A program made the position numbers and the translations under genes. From Botryllus schlosseri (taxonomy: Eukaryota): 64,000 bases of DNA. This document shows, piece by piece, positions 13,701 through 24,498 of this stretch (positions are counted from its first letter, which is position 1; every line of letters starts with the position of its first letter). The stretch is from positions 8,000,001 through 8,064,000 of the forward strand of contig CM119371.1 in NCBI GenBank assembly GCA_051294905.1. Reading direction: 5' to 3'. A model generated the notes under the pieces. It made no database searches and was not told the DNA's origin. It saw nothing but the letters and a program-made list of their open reading frames with translations.

Positions 13701-16402
13701 GTATCGTTGCCACCTCGGATTGCCACCTAAATTCTACACGCAATCAATCCTTCGATCAAATCTGCGTTGCGATGGACGTAGCATTGTAGTGTAATGTCAA
13801 TGTAGACACTGTAGGCAGCAGCGTCAATTTATCTTGATGCATAGCGGTACATTTAATTCTCGCGCGCTTGAGCTTGACACGTGGGTATTTGAAGAAAAAT
13901 GAAACTAGGAAGATCGCTTTTCGTTTCTTCTAAATTCATTCGTTTCTTCCTCTAAATTCACCAAGGTTATCACGGAGCCCCGAATGCTTTCTCACATACT
14001 CCCCCCCCCCCCACAAGGAGGCCGTGAACCCAAGAGCGAGCGCCTTAGACCGTCATTCTTAACTTATACTCCATAGTAATTCGCAGTTCTTCCTGTTTAT
14101 TTCTATCGAAATATGACATGTCTCTGCAAATGCTGCAAAAGGATGCATTGTCGGATTTTACAATCCTTTCACTCCCGAAAATGGTGCGAGTCTGTCCAAA
14201 CAATACTTACACCTTAATGCAACGAAGAGACGACATTGAAAAGTAAAATGTAGCAATGAAGTATTGAAGTAATGCAATGAAGTAAGGTAAACTTGTGCAC
14301 AGGTGGTTAGTAACGATGTGCTATTTTTTCCGAGGTAGGTGTTGCCTACTCGAACTGGTTGAAGGAGCTATGATTACTAATAGGTTTTACAAACTTAAGT
14401 TAGCGATTGGGTTTTGTGATACGTTTTTATAACCAAATTGTCCTAGGAATGGCATGGAATTGAAATAGCCGATTTATCCATTCTGCAAAAAAGACTGTAG
14501 TGAAACGAGTCGGTCCTGTTGCCATTCTCATGCGTATGAGGATGAAGCCTTTCGAGCTGACATGAGCTGAATGTGATGTTTGTTGTATTTATTTCATAAT
14601 TCAATATTTAATTCCATTCTCAAGTTTGAGTGAATTGCAAGTGTTGGCGAATTCAGTAATTACAATGTTAAGCCTAATTTGGAAGAAAATGTAATTGGTG
14701 TATTACAGTGGTCGGGAACCTTTTTTGTCCGAAGAGCCATATTGACGCTATATTTTCCTTTTGATCTCCCAAAGAGCCATACATTTCTGCCAACTATTAC
14801 GTCACAATTGAAAAGTCGTGACGTCATCGTAGCGCAAATTCGAAAGCACTACTTGGGATTCGTCGTTTGTACCGTATTTTTTCTGTAAAAACTCGTACTA
14901 ATCATGCTGGTTGCCTTTATTTGAGTAAGAACTATACAAAACTTGAGTTACATAGATCTTTTGCAAGTTATCTATTTTTAATTGTATTGCACTGAGAGGC
15001 ATATCATATTTTTCGAAGCTTAAGACAATTACCTTTTAGATTTCCAACAGACGTAAACAACAGTAAAAGTATTAATCTACTTTTTAAACAGTTTTACCCA
15101 CATGTCTGCACTAGATTTTGAACATTTTTACTGCCAAATCACGCAGCTTGCCTATTTATTGTTCGAAAATAAAGTGTAAATGGAGAGGTAAGGCATAGGT
15201 GAGGCACAGCCGGGCGATGCCTTACCTGTGATAGCGCAATTCATCGCAAATATAATTTAATAACCGATATTAATCGAATTTAATTGTCGCATTGATTCCG
15301 ATTCGACTTCTCAATTCTCAAAGTATTCGGCGATAACATAACGTTGCGTCACACGCCTACATTTTAACAGCGACTACAAAGCTACGTTATCAAGAAAGTG
15401 GATAGCTATGGCGTTTTTTATAATTTGAATTTGTAATTGTGAATGTCACTTCAATGTCACAATGTGTATTTGAAAACTGCATTGTGATATAGGTGCCGCC
15501 ACATATCCTACTCTCGTTGATGAATCAACGTATCGTGCAATCCAAGATTTCGGGGCGGGTACATCGAATTCGGGAGTGATATTGGTCGCTGGCGCGACAG
15601 CAACTTAAATTTAAGGATTTTGAAATGGGGGTCCGATCCCCTAATCCCGAGTATACCTCCCCGAATATACCACTGTATTAAACTCTCACAAAGACATGTT
15701 TATACTGCCACAAGAATAAGTATACTGATCGTGCTGAAGATTTAATAACAAGTTGCTGCCATATAGATAAATTGAGCACAAAAATAAAAATTTCGCAAAG
15801 AGCCATATCTTATGCCCAAAAGAGCTATATATGGCTCGCGAGCCATAGGTTCCCGACCACTGGTGTATTAGGTCTGTGTACGAAGCCGTACCGTCGAATT
15901 CTTGGTTGATTACGTTATATTAAAGTCTAATTCTAATCCATTGGGAATGCAGAATTTTTCAAGTCTCTTTCTTTTTCATGAACCCCTTAGAATAGTCCTT
16001 GAGCCCCACGCGGTTCGTGCACGCCAGGTTAATAACGTATGAAGTAGAATTACTTCGGCAAAAAAGCCTATCGGAGGGTTAGGTAATATTTATCGCCTTG
16101 CGATTGTCGGTTTTAGACTATCGGAGGGTTGGGTTATATTTATCACCTTGCGATTGTCGGTTTTAGAAAACGATGTGCCGAAACCCGACCAGGGTAATGA
16201 CGCAGGGTACTTCCACAAGCTCAAGAACAACGGCCCTGTCCCAAATACCGTCGAATGTCCGCCATGTAATACGGCACGCATAGTTTATGCAGTGTTCCTG
16301 TCGATGGTGGTCTTTACCGCGATCTATTTTGCGTTGGAAGACGACGAGGAGCAGGAGGGCTCTTCTACCGAAAACAGCACCCAGCGTCTAGGAAGTGGCT
16401 GA
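4763..16402 (+). CDS. Gene A: uncharacterised C-terminally anchored single-pass membrane protein (317 aa, 6 coding exons)
   Basis: Exons 4763-4889, 9510-9650, 10393-10533, 12466-12621, 13374-13526 and 16167-16402. All introns are GT..AG and phase 1, and internal exons are 141/141/156/153 nt. The join is 954 nt with no internal stop (MLPHSGALGNAIGSKKQSS...TARIVYAVFLSMVVFTAIYFALEDDEEQEGSSTENSTQRLGSG*). One hydrophobic segment near the C-terminus; AATAAA at ~16480. Paralogous to genes B and C. Further small exons cannot be excluded. Confidence 0.75.
6508..7414. mobile_element. hAT MITE nested in another MITE
   Basis: TIRs CAGGGTCGGC/GCCGACCCTG; perfect TSD agctggtg. The empty site is seen in the related host element at ~45663. 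Confidence 0.9.
8178..9371. mobile_element. hAT MITE (with internal insertions)
   Basis: TIR CAGTGGTTCCCAAC at both ends; flanking direct repeat cgttaga; subterminal TCGCCCCC repeats. A short relative lies at 30924-31110. Confidence 0.85.
11125..11742. mobile_element. Palindromic (fold-back) MITE in gene A intron 3
   Basis: Near-perfect inverted arms of ~300 bp starting TAGGGCTGTTCAAAAATAACC; perfect 8-bp TSD ctgcacag; absent from the paralogous intron (~10235). Confidence 0.92.
14706..15862. mobile_element. hAT non-autonomous element
   Basis: TIR CAGTGGTCGGGAACC; perfect TSD gtgtatta. Confidence 0.92.
16068..16166 (+). promoter_or_regulatory. 50-bp tandem duplication of the gene A terminal-exon splice acceptor
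   Basis: ctatcggagggtt...ttgcgattgtcggttttag occurs twice; AGs end at 16116 and 16166. Confidence 0.85.
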
Positions 16403-19400
16403 TCGCGCGGAGCGTCGTATCTCTAGGGGGGAGGGTTTGAATAATTCATTGAGAATCGGTACTTCGTGTATGCCCCCCCAATAAACAAGTGCACGGTATA
16501 CTCTGTGTACTGTCATGTCTTGCTTCGGGCTTGCGTGAGAGCGTATACTGGGTTAAGGTGATGCTAGGTCTTTCCAGATTTAATCGGCTCGGCCTTTCCA
16601 GATTTAATCGATCTAGGTAGTGAGACTGGTTTTCAGTAGTTCTAGCACTTACAAATATATATAGGCTTTGGCTGATAAATGGAAAGCACGTGTTGGCACA
16701 GGTCATGTAGGGTATACCGGTCTAATGGGTGAATGACTGGCAGCCGTAGTATAAGCTCAGAGCCATCGCTATAATTGCAGTGGGAGTAGGGGGATATTTT
16801 GCAGGACGAAATCACAACAATGTGGCAGTTCCACTTTATAAAGAACACGCGGTGGCGATAACGAACTCGATCCAAATCTGTCTGTTGCTATATCCTGTAC
16901 TATGGACGTGGACTAATTTCGTCTCTTGACCTACAGTGAGGATGATGACAGTACCCATATCAATATAAATCGATATCAAATAACTGTTGGCCGATGAAAA
17001 TGGTACGCTGTGTCTTGGCGTCTTGTCCTCGTGATGAAAGTGCTGAATTTATGATTCTATCCTTATCACCGGCATAATGGTTCTATCAATATTTCTCCGT
17101 TTGACGGCCAAATCTACACCAGATTGGATTGGATTCCACACAAACCCTCTCTAGATATATTATCACCTTGGCCAAATACCTGTCTGATTGGAACACTTCA
17201 TGTCATTTCAATACTTTACTATCCAATATATGTTGGTGTTTTTAAATGATAAAATACTATTGCTATCAACTAGATCTCATCCTCTCTGATGATTGAGAAT
17301 GGCACGATGTAGCAGTTATAATACTCCTAAAAGACAACTAGATCTCGTCCACTCAAATCTTATCCAATCTAAAACAACTAGATCTCATCCACTCTGAGAA
17401 TTGACAATTGAACGACGTACAAGTAGTATTGATACGTTTATCTTGTTGAATAAATTGGAACGATTATAGTTTTTAAATCGGAGGTTCACGAATATTTTTA
17501 CCCGACCCCAGAAATAAATTGTATGGTAAGCACACAAACTTGGGATTGTAAAATTCTAAGCCAAGTATTATGCATGCTCATTATCAGCCGGTTACATATT
17601 AATTTTAACGTGACGGAATGTCAACCCGCTATTTGAGAAGCTCCAACACACCATATATGGTAGGGTTAACATATTTTGGAATCGGGGAAGGAGGACACTT
17701 TTTCGAAATTATCAAACTTGGAATACTGGAATCGGGAAAAATGGCAAATTTTCTCCGACTTTGTGGTTGGTTGACTAAAAAAGGAAGTCAACTTTCCGGG
17801 TAAACTCAAAAAATACAGTTTTCCTTTCACACTTTGCGTTGGTTGACTAAAAAGAAAAAGGAAATCACTTTCGTTTGAAACACGAATTTCCTATTTAGAG
17901 TCATTTATGCCCATTTTCACTGGAATCTATCCACTATCTTAGCTCTAAAAGCTGTAAAGGAGGACGACTTCCCCAAAAGGATGACATTTAGCCGTCCTCG
18001 AAGGACAATTACAAAAACCTGAAAATAGATGACGAATCCACGTGAAGGTTGACGTATGGCAACCCCTATATATGGAACTGCCCGAAGAAACCAAGAAAAA
18101 TGCTACGGTGGAAACCCAATTGATACAAATCGCATCACCGTATCCGAGAATATTCAACGACAATGCTAATGTGAAAATTACAGATTGTAAAACACAAGAA
18201 TGAGCTTGCGAGCATTCATCATTCTTGATCATCGAGTATGTACTTGAAAATCTTGAATGTTTTAGCGAATTTCGGTGCGCTACCAGCATCATATGTATCA
18301 GATACATTTAGTAAGAGTCCGACCGACAATAGTCTAGTTTTGTTGACGTCATTTGTGATCGCTGGCTTCACTGTCTTTCAGTCTTTCAGTTGGAAGTACA
18401 AAAATGACGAAATGCTATCAATATCCGACAGTATTCATGGATATCATGAACCCAACAGAGAGCTCATAGTCCAGACCGGAAACAGTGGTCATATTCGCCA
18501 ACAAGTTGCGCATGACAGACGGTTCACTTGCATAGAATAATTAGGTAATGAAGCAAAGTTGTGTGTGAAGTTGCCGCCAATTCCACGTTGGCTCATAATC
18601 ATACCTGGCTTTACTCAGCTTCACTGATTCTCTTCTGGGTTCAATGTCCAACAGCTGTAATTCAATCCATAGGCAACGCGCCAGAATTCCAAAAGAGATG
18701 TTTAAGTGACTGCACTTGAAAATGTACTGGTACAATATTTAATGGATTTATCATTGGAATGGTGGTTGCTTTTCACCAAGTATAGTTTTTTTGTTATTTT
18801 GATAGATTCAGCTAGGCCTTTTCCAAATTGTTGAATTGTCATAACGAGATGCCGTGACTGATGACTGTACGGTCTATTCTTTTGCAACAGCTTTTGCCTT
18901 TCGGCATTTACGTCTCTTCTGCAACCTTTTTCAATGAAAAGAGATGAGGATGACTCTCATTCAAGTTTCATTAGCTTCATTGTAATTCAAACGCATGATT
19001 TTTTTTATGTTGTTAGACCTGACAGCAGCAAATGTGCATTACCAAATTTTCCGTGCCACTCTACACCCATGGGTGATCTGAATTTCTGTAGGGGAATCAG
19101 GATAAATAATGTTGGTGAAATGATATTCTGCAGACATCTTTTACAGGACCAGGCAACCCTACCTCTTCTTTGTAAACGGAACCCATTCTCCCGATAACTT
19201 TCTGTTCCTTATTGAAGCATCTTTTGAGATCAAATGACCGTGATCCTTACACAATTAGAAATATAACAGCAACCATATCATACGACTCTCGAAAATTAAC
19301 AGTGATGTAATCTGCCAGGGTTCAATGTTTTAGGTCGAGTTATCTTTATCGCCCCTATTGTTCAAAATGAAGTGGAGCTGCCCCATTCAAACTAAAAGCT

Positions 19401-21336
19401 CCGTACTTTTAAAATGCTGATTTCTATCTCCAACATTGTTTCATTTGCAATTCAGTAATTCGTCTCATCCCTAGTTAGTTCGGACTTTAGACTAGTTAGT
19501 TCCGGATTTTCAAATGTCGTTAGTTCAAGTTACAGTTCTAGCTGCTCATTTTGAAAATACAGAAGTTTGTAAAATTTACCTGCAGATATTTACATACTGG
19601 CAGCCTACGTACTGCTATAAGTTTGAGGCGGTGGTTCTTGATCATAGAACAAAAGATCAATATATAACTAAGCTATCATTACAAGTTAACGTCCGACAAA
19701 ATCCGTTAAATATCGAAATTTACTTTCGCGCAAAACGAGAACGACGAGGTTTGCTACATGTTTTAATGAATGTAGTATTTATTAAACTTCGTGTCAATGA
19801 ATTGTACTTAATTTTTGGTGGCGAAATGCCCTTAATAATACTACCGTCATGCGAGCTCGGGTTATTTTCCACAAAATGTCCGAACTGGGTATTGTATCCT
19901 GCAGCACACATCGTGTCGAAATGGTAGAGGCATTGTACCACTTTTGAGAGTCAGAGCTCATTGTACACGAAATATGATTTGAAGATTCCTGGTCAAAATG
20001 ATAGCTAAGTAGACTTGTATTTGAGAGCTACTAAATCAAATCGTCAGAATATTTCTTTATCATATCATAAAGGATGCTATCTATCGTTTAGTGTTTTGAC
20101 CCACAGCCTCACATGAACGTTTTATAATGTAGGTTGCCTTGTTCGGAATAAATTCATGTTGAATTTAATAACTAGATGTATTGCTAAATTCAATGTTAGC
20201 AAAGATCTCTACCCCATTGTGAGTTGATTAACTAGTCACACAGAGCATAAAAAAATTGCAATACAATTAACTTCCACATACTGCCAATAGATGTTAACCA
20301 GATGGTATGAGCCAGTGCCCGATGGTTATTACAACGACGTTGACTTGATCCCGGATATAGCAGGCTTTTTTGTTTGTTTGTTTGATATTCACGGTGTTTC
20401 GTCTACATTGGTAATCCCAGTGTTGGGATGACTCGAGTCACCTTTTCCGTATGACTTGACTTGACTCGAGTCACTTTGCTAAAATAACTTGTCTTGACTT
20501 GACTCGACGTATGTATCAGAAATGTGGATTGACTCGTGACTCGGAGCAGAATTCGACATCACAAGTAAGCAAGCCCATTAATTTAACGAAAGAAGACCTT
20601 GAAATGGAGGAGATGGAAGGAAAACACCATAGAGTTCATTGGCACAAATCTCTATAGTCTCTTGAACTGGCACGTTCGTGAATAAACTAGATATATCAAA
20701 CGAACACATAGAGATATCGGACACATCGAAATCAACATTACGAATGGTATCAGCAAATGTGAACGAGTCACGAATTCAGTCGCAACAATGTGAGTGACTG
20801 ATGAAAATGGCGTTCCAATTGAGTGCTAAATAATTCCAAGTGTAGGTTCGTCAATTTCACGCTCGGGTAGGGAAATTTATTTTAACTGACCATTTCTATC
20901 GGGGTACCTTGAGTGATTAATAATTTATTGGTTATTTGGGGTTATTGTACGGATAAGTTACGGACTATCAGTATGTTTAATTGATTGAAATAGAGTGTGC
21001 CAAGCGGTCGCTCGAGACAGCTATATTTCTGTCGTTCAATTCTGGTGCCACTCAAACGACCGAAACGACAGTTTAAAATGTGTAACTAAAGTTTTTCATC
21101 CAGATCAGCTGTCGGGTAGTTGATCTAGACCAGTCGGGATCTGAATTATTTGACACCGGATGAGAATCACTTTTCAAATACCTACATATAACACAGAGTA
21201 AATGTATATGTATGAACATTGAATACTATGGGTGAATCCGCGTACAGCTCTGCTAGGTTGTCTGTACTAGCGAATTTGAGGACTGTCTGTTTTGATTATG
21301 ACCTATATATGACTTCTCGCGCTGGAGCCACCCCGC

Positions 21337-21413
21337 AGTTAGTCCAGCGAAATAGTGGTCATCATGTCCGCCTTACACGCGGAAGGTCATGGGTTCGATA
21401 TCCAGCGGAACTG
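21337..21413 (+). pseudogene. tRNA-Val(TAC) pseudogene
   Basis: Paralogue of 22092-22164 with the same cccgc leader. Anticodon arm TCCGC-CT TAC AC-GCGGA is intact, but the 5' acceptor strand/A-box is disrupted and the T-stem is mismatched. Confidence 0.75.
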
Positions 21414-21755
21414 TCTCCATTCATTAGCCTACTCTTCAAAATCTTGTTTGTGTCGAAGCCGATGTGGATAGAGTATCAGCAACACTACACAGACGAAACG
21501 GAAAACATTATTTCGAAGAACGCTCACACTTCTTCATGCACTACTGGTTATCAAATATTAGGGACAAATCTCCGTTACCGAAACTAGATTCTCGTCCGAT
21601 GGCCAAAGAAAATTATAATTTAGTTTGAATCCTGCAAGGTGGCATGACATCTGCTGATAAGAGCCAAGGGAAAGTTTTGATGAATCCAGTTTTAAAATGC
21701 CACATCGTTACGTTGAAATCTCCCTCTCCAAATTACGAAATCGGAATGGCAAAAC

Positions 21756-21822
21756 TGCAGCGACCCATGGCTTCACCAGGGACCTTTATATATTCAGACT
21801 ACGCCGACTGAGTTATCGCGGC
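21756..21822 (-). pseudogene. tRNA-Phe(GAA) pseudogene
   Basis: Reverse complement aligns with 63706-63778 but has a D-arm deletion and a mutated T-loop (GGTGAAG). Confidence 0.75.
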
Positions 21823-21830
21823 GATGGAAG

Positions 21831-21904
21831 TAACCAGATCTGGTCTCGAACCAGCAACATTCGCGTTATTAGCACGACGCTCTGACCAACGGAGCTGACC
21901 GATC
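21831..21904 (-). tRNA. tRNA-Ile(AAT), degenerate (likely pseudogene)
   Basis: Minus strand GATCGGTCAGCTCCGTTGGTCAGAGCGTCGTGCTAATAACGCGAATGTTGCTGGTTCGAGACCAGATCTGGTTA. Anticodon arm intact; acceptor stem is mostly G-U pairs or mismatches. Confidence 0.65.
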
Positions 21905-22091
21905 TGCGTTGAATGCCGTCGAAGATTCCGAACACCTTCCCGTTTTTTTACGAAACACTTTAAACTAAAACGACATCGATGAGGTATGCAGTGTAGATGG
22001 TTGATCCCGTGACGTCATACATACTTCGTCGATGGGACGACATCTACTATTACGAGAAATTATTTGGGAGGATGCATCCAGTAGGTCCCGC

Positions 22092-22164
22092 AGTTCCGTA
22101 GTGTAGTGGTCATCACGTCTGCTTCACACGCAGAAGGTCCTGGGTTCGAGCCCCAGCGGAACTA
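22092..22164 (+). tRNA. tRNA-Val(CAC)
   Basis: 73 nt. Acceptor stem AGTTCCG/CGGAACT, anticodon arm TCTGC-TT CAC AC-GCAGA, GGTTCGAGCC T-arm, TTTTT terminator at 22175-22179. Confidence 0.92.
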
Positions 22165-22211
22165 CTTCTAACTATTTTTATAAGGTATGTAGCGTTTAAT
22201 CGCATCGCAAG

Positions 22212-22605
22212 TAGTACCCGACCGATATCGGATTTTTGTGCCGATACCGATAAAACCGATATCTTCAGCCGAAATTCAGAGAAGGTGGAATCTACCTCAA
22301 AATACGCATTTTCAATACTTCAGAGCATTTATTTTTATTTACAGCTTTACAGCCATTGTCACACATGAACAAGAAATAAACTAGAAAGGGTGCATCTGGA
22401 CACCTTGAAAGTGTAAGAAAAATGGAATGTAGCAATGTTCCCTGTCTAGCGGTCAATCATTATAGTTTTCTGACTTCCTACCATCATGTTGTGACGTAAC
22501 AAAAATTGCCGATATTTTTTACCTCCAATGGCCGATACCGATTATTCTTTGATAGTGTAATATCGACTCGATATTATCGGCGAACCGATAATAGGTCGGG
22601 CTCTA
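22212..22605. mobile_element. MITE with CCGATA subterminal repeats
   Basis: Ends TAGTACCCGACC/GGTCGGGCTCTA; degenerate TSD atcgcaag/atctcgag. Confidence 0.7.
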
Positions 22606-23120
22606 ATCTCGAGTTCCAATGTTCGCATTCCAAATGACTTCCATCATTTCCCATCAAGTTTGGGCTGAGATAGATAGCGACTGAACATTTTATAAAGGTC
22701 TGAGTTCCAACGATTCTGAGACATAGGCTACACCATACAGGTACTTTGTGTCTCTCTGTCTGTCTGTCTTTCTATACATCAACATACCAGTCTGTTATTT
22801 ATCTGTGCGGATTTTTGATGAAACATCTTCTACTGGATCGCGACCAATTCCGATGTTGAGCGCGAATGATACGGATTCTGCTGCTTAGCCTTACAATCAC
22901 AACCGATTATAAAATACACAGGTTACCAGACTTTTTACAGCGCGATACGTATATGAGTTTTAATGCTGTCTTACGACCAAAGCCTACTAACTTTGATGAA
23001 TTTGTTGCTCGATTACCCCTATATATCACTGAAATTGGCGATTAGATCGCAAGCTCCAGCGCATTTCTATACGTGATTCACACACACACGCACGCACGCT
23101 TATTTCCACAGCGAGCTAAG

Positions 23121-23426
23121 CAGAGATGGGCATGGATTAGGATTAGTATTGGATTTACCGATTTTCTGGAAGATTGATATGGCGACAAACTTTATTCAGA
23201 TAAGGTATTGGTGTACTTACGGTACACTACACTATGGTACACTCGGTGCCAATGAATGAATATGAGAGGTACTGGTGGCTTTTGGGGTGGGCGAGGTGGG
23301 CGGTCGGATAAGGATTTGACATGGATTTGAATATATAAAAGTTATGGATCAGGATTTGGATTAGGATTCGAAGCTTCGGATTTGGATTGGATTAGGACAT
23401 GGAAATTCCAAATCCGCTTATCTCTG
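23121..23426. mobile_element. MITE with GGATT repeats
   Basis: Ends CAGAGATGGGC/GCTTATCTCTG; absent from the paralogous region at ~54120. Confidence 0.75.
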
Positions 23427-23967
23427 AAACCAAGCCATATATCACGCGATCACGAACGGGCCGGAACAGGTTGGCCGAACTTCAAACGTAAGATCCATTT
23501 ATTTGTTCCTATTGACTTTCTTCGCACCAAACCCGCAAGTATTATTATTATTAGATATCGGTAAGCAACAGCTCTCCGGACGTCCACAGCGTGAAATAAT
23601 TTCGGCAATGACATATATTCATACTAGAATTACTAATATTTTTAGTACTCTCTTAGCCCACGTCCTCAGATACATTGGTGGAGCTGATGTAGGTCGTGTG
23701 TCGAAAATCTAGGGCACGTAAATATAGATCCTGATTGAGTCGCTTGCCTGCGTAACCCCTTTTCTGGACGTCTCTCTTATTGCCTATGTATAGTTTGGCC
23801 AAGACATAGTACTTGGACATTCATAATATACCCACAAGAAATCGTATGAAACGGGTGGAAATTTATTTGTTTGGGTACAGACCCATAATGTAACAAATCC
23901 TGTTATAATCGATGAATGCTGGCGATGTTATTAGATGCTGCATGTGGTGACAAGATATTGTGGCCCC

Positions 23968-24195
23968 GTTTCGCCTGCACCATCGAGATGCTCTGACGAC
24001 GGAGATGCGATACGGCCTTTATATTAAGATCATCTAGTCTGCACCCCCATTTTTTATCCTCCATGCTATCCGTGATTGCTGAGCGCCTAGCACGATAGCC
24101 GCGGATACCAGTTTTCGAGTCTTTGGTCTGACCCGGCCGGGGATCGAACCCACGACCTACAGATCGAGAAGCCGGACGACCACTATCTCGCTCGG
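23968..24195 (-). mobile_element. tRNA-derived SINE (central domain resembles MetaSINE type)
   Basis: B-box GGTTCGATCCC followed by gggtcagaccaaagactcgaaaactggtatcc...gcgctcagca. The 3' tail is repeated at ~32483-32530. Absent from the paralogous region at ~54590. The family assignment is from memory and unverified. Confidence 0.75.
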
Positions 24196-24498
24196 TATAT
24201 AAGAACTCGGTATTGTGAATGGGCATTGCTGAGCCGAGTTCAAATTAATTTAGCTAGACTACACGTGCCCATTGGCACAGCGGTCGTTTGTTGGACTAAT
24301 CGGTGTTCCAGTCCGTCTTGTAATGATTATTATGTAACGATTGGCGAGTGCACATCGTCAATGTACATTCTTAAGCATTCCAGTGCTCGAGTAGACGGAG
24401 ATATTTTACTGCTACAATCGGTTTTATTTGGAAATTGTGATATCGCATGTCTTCTTGCAGGAACAATTACTGCCGTTGAACAATTGCTGCCGTTGAAC

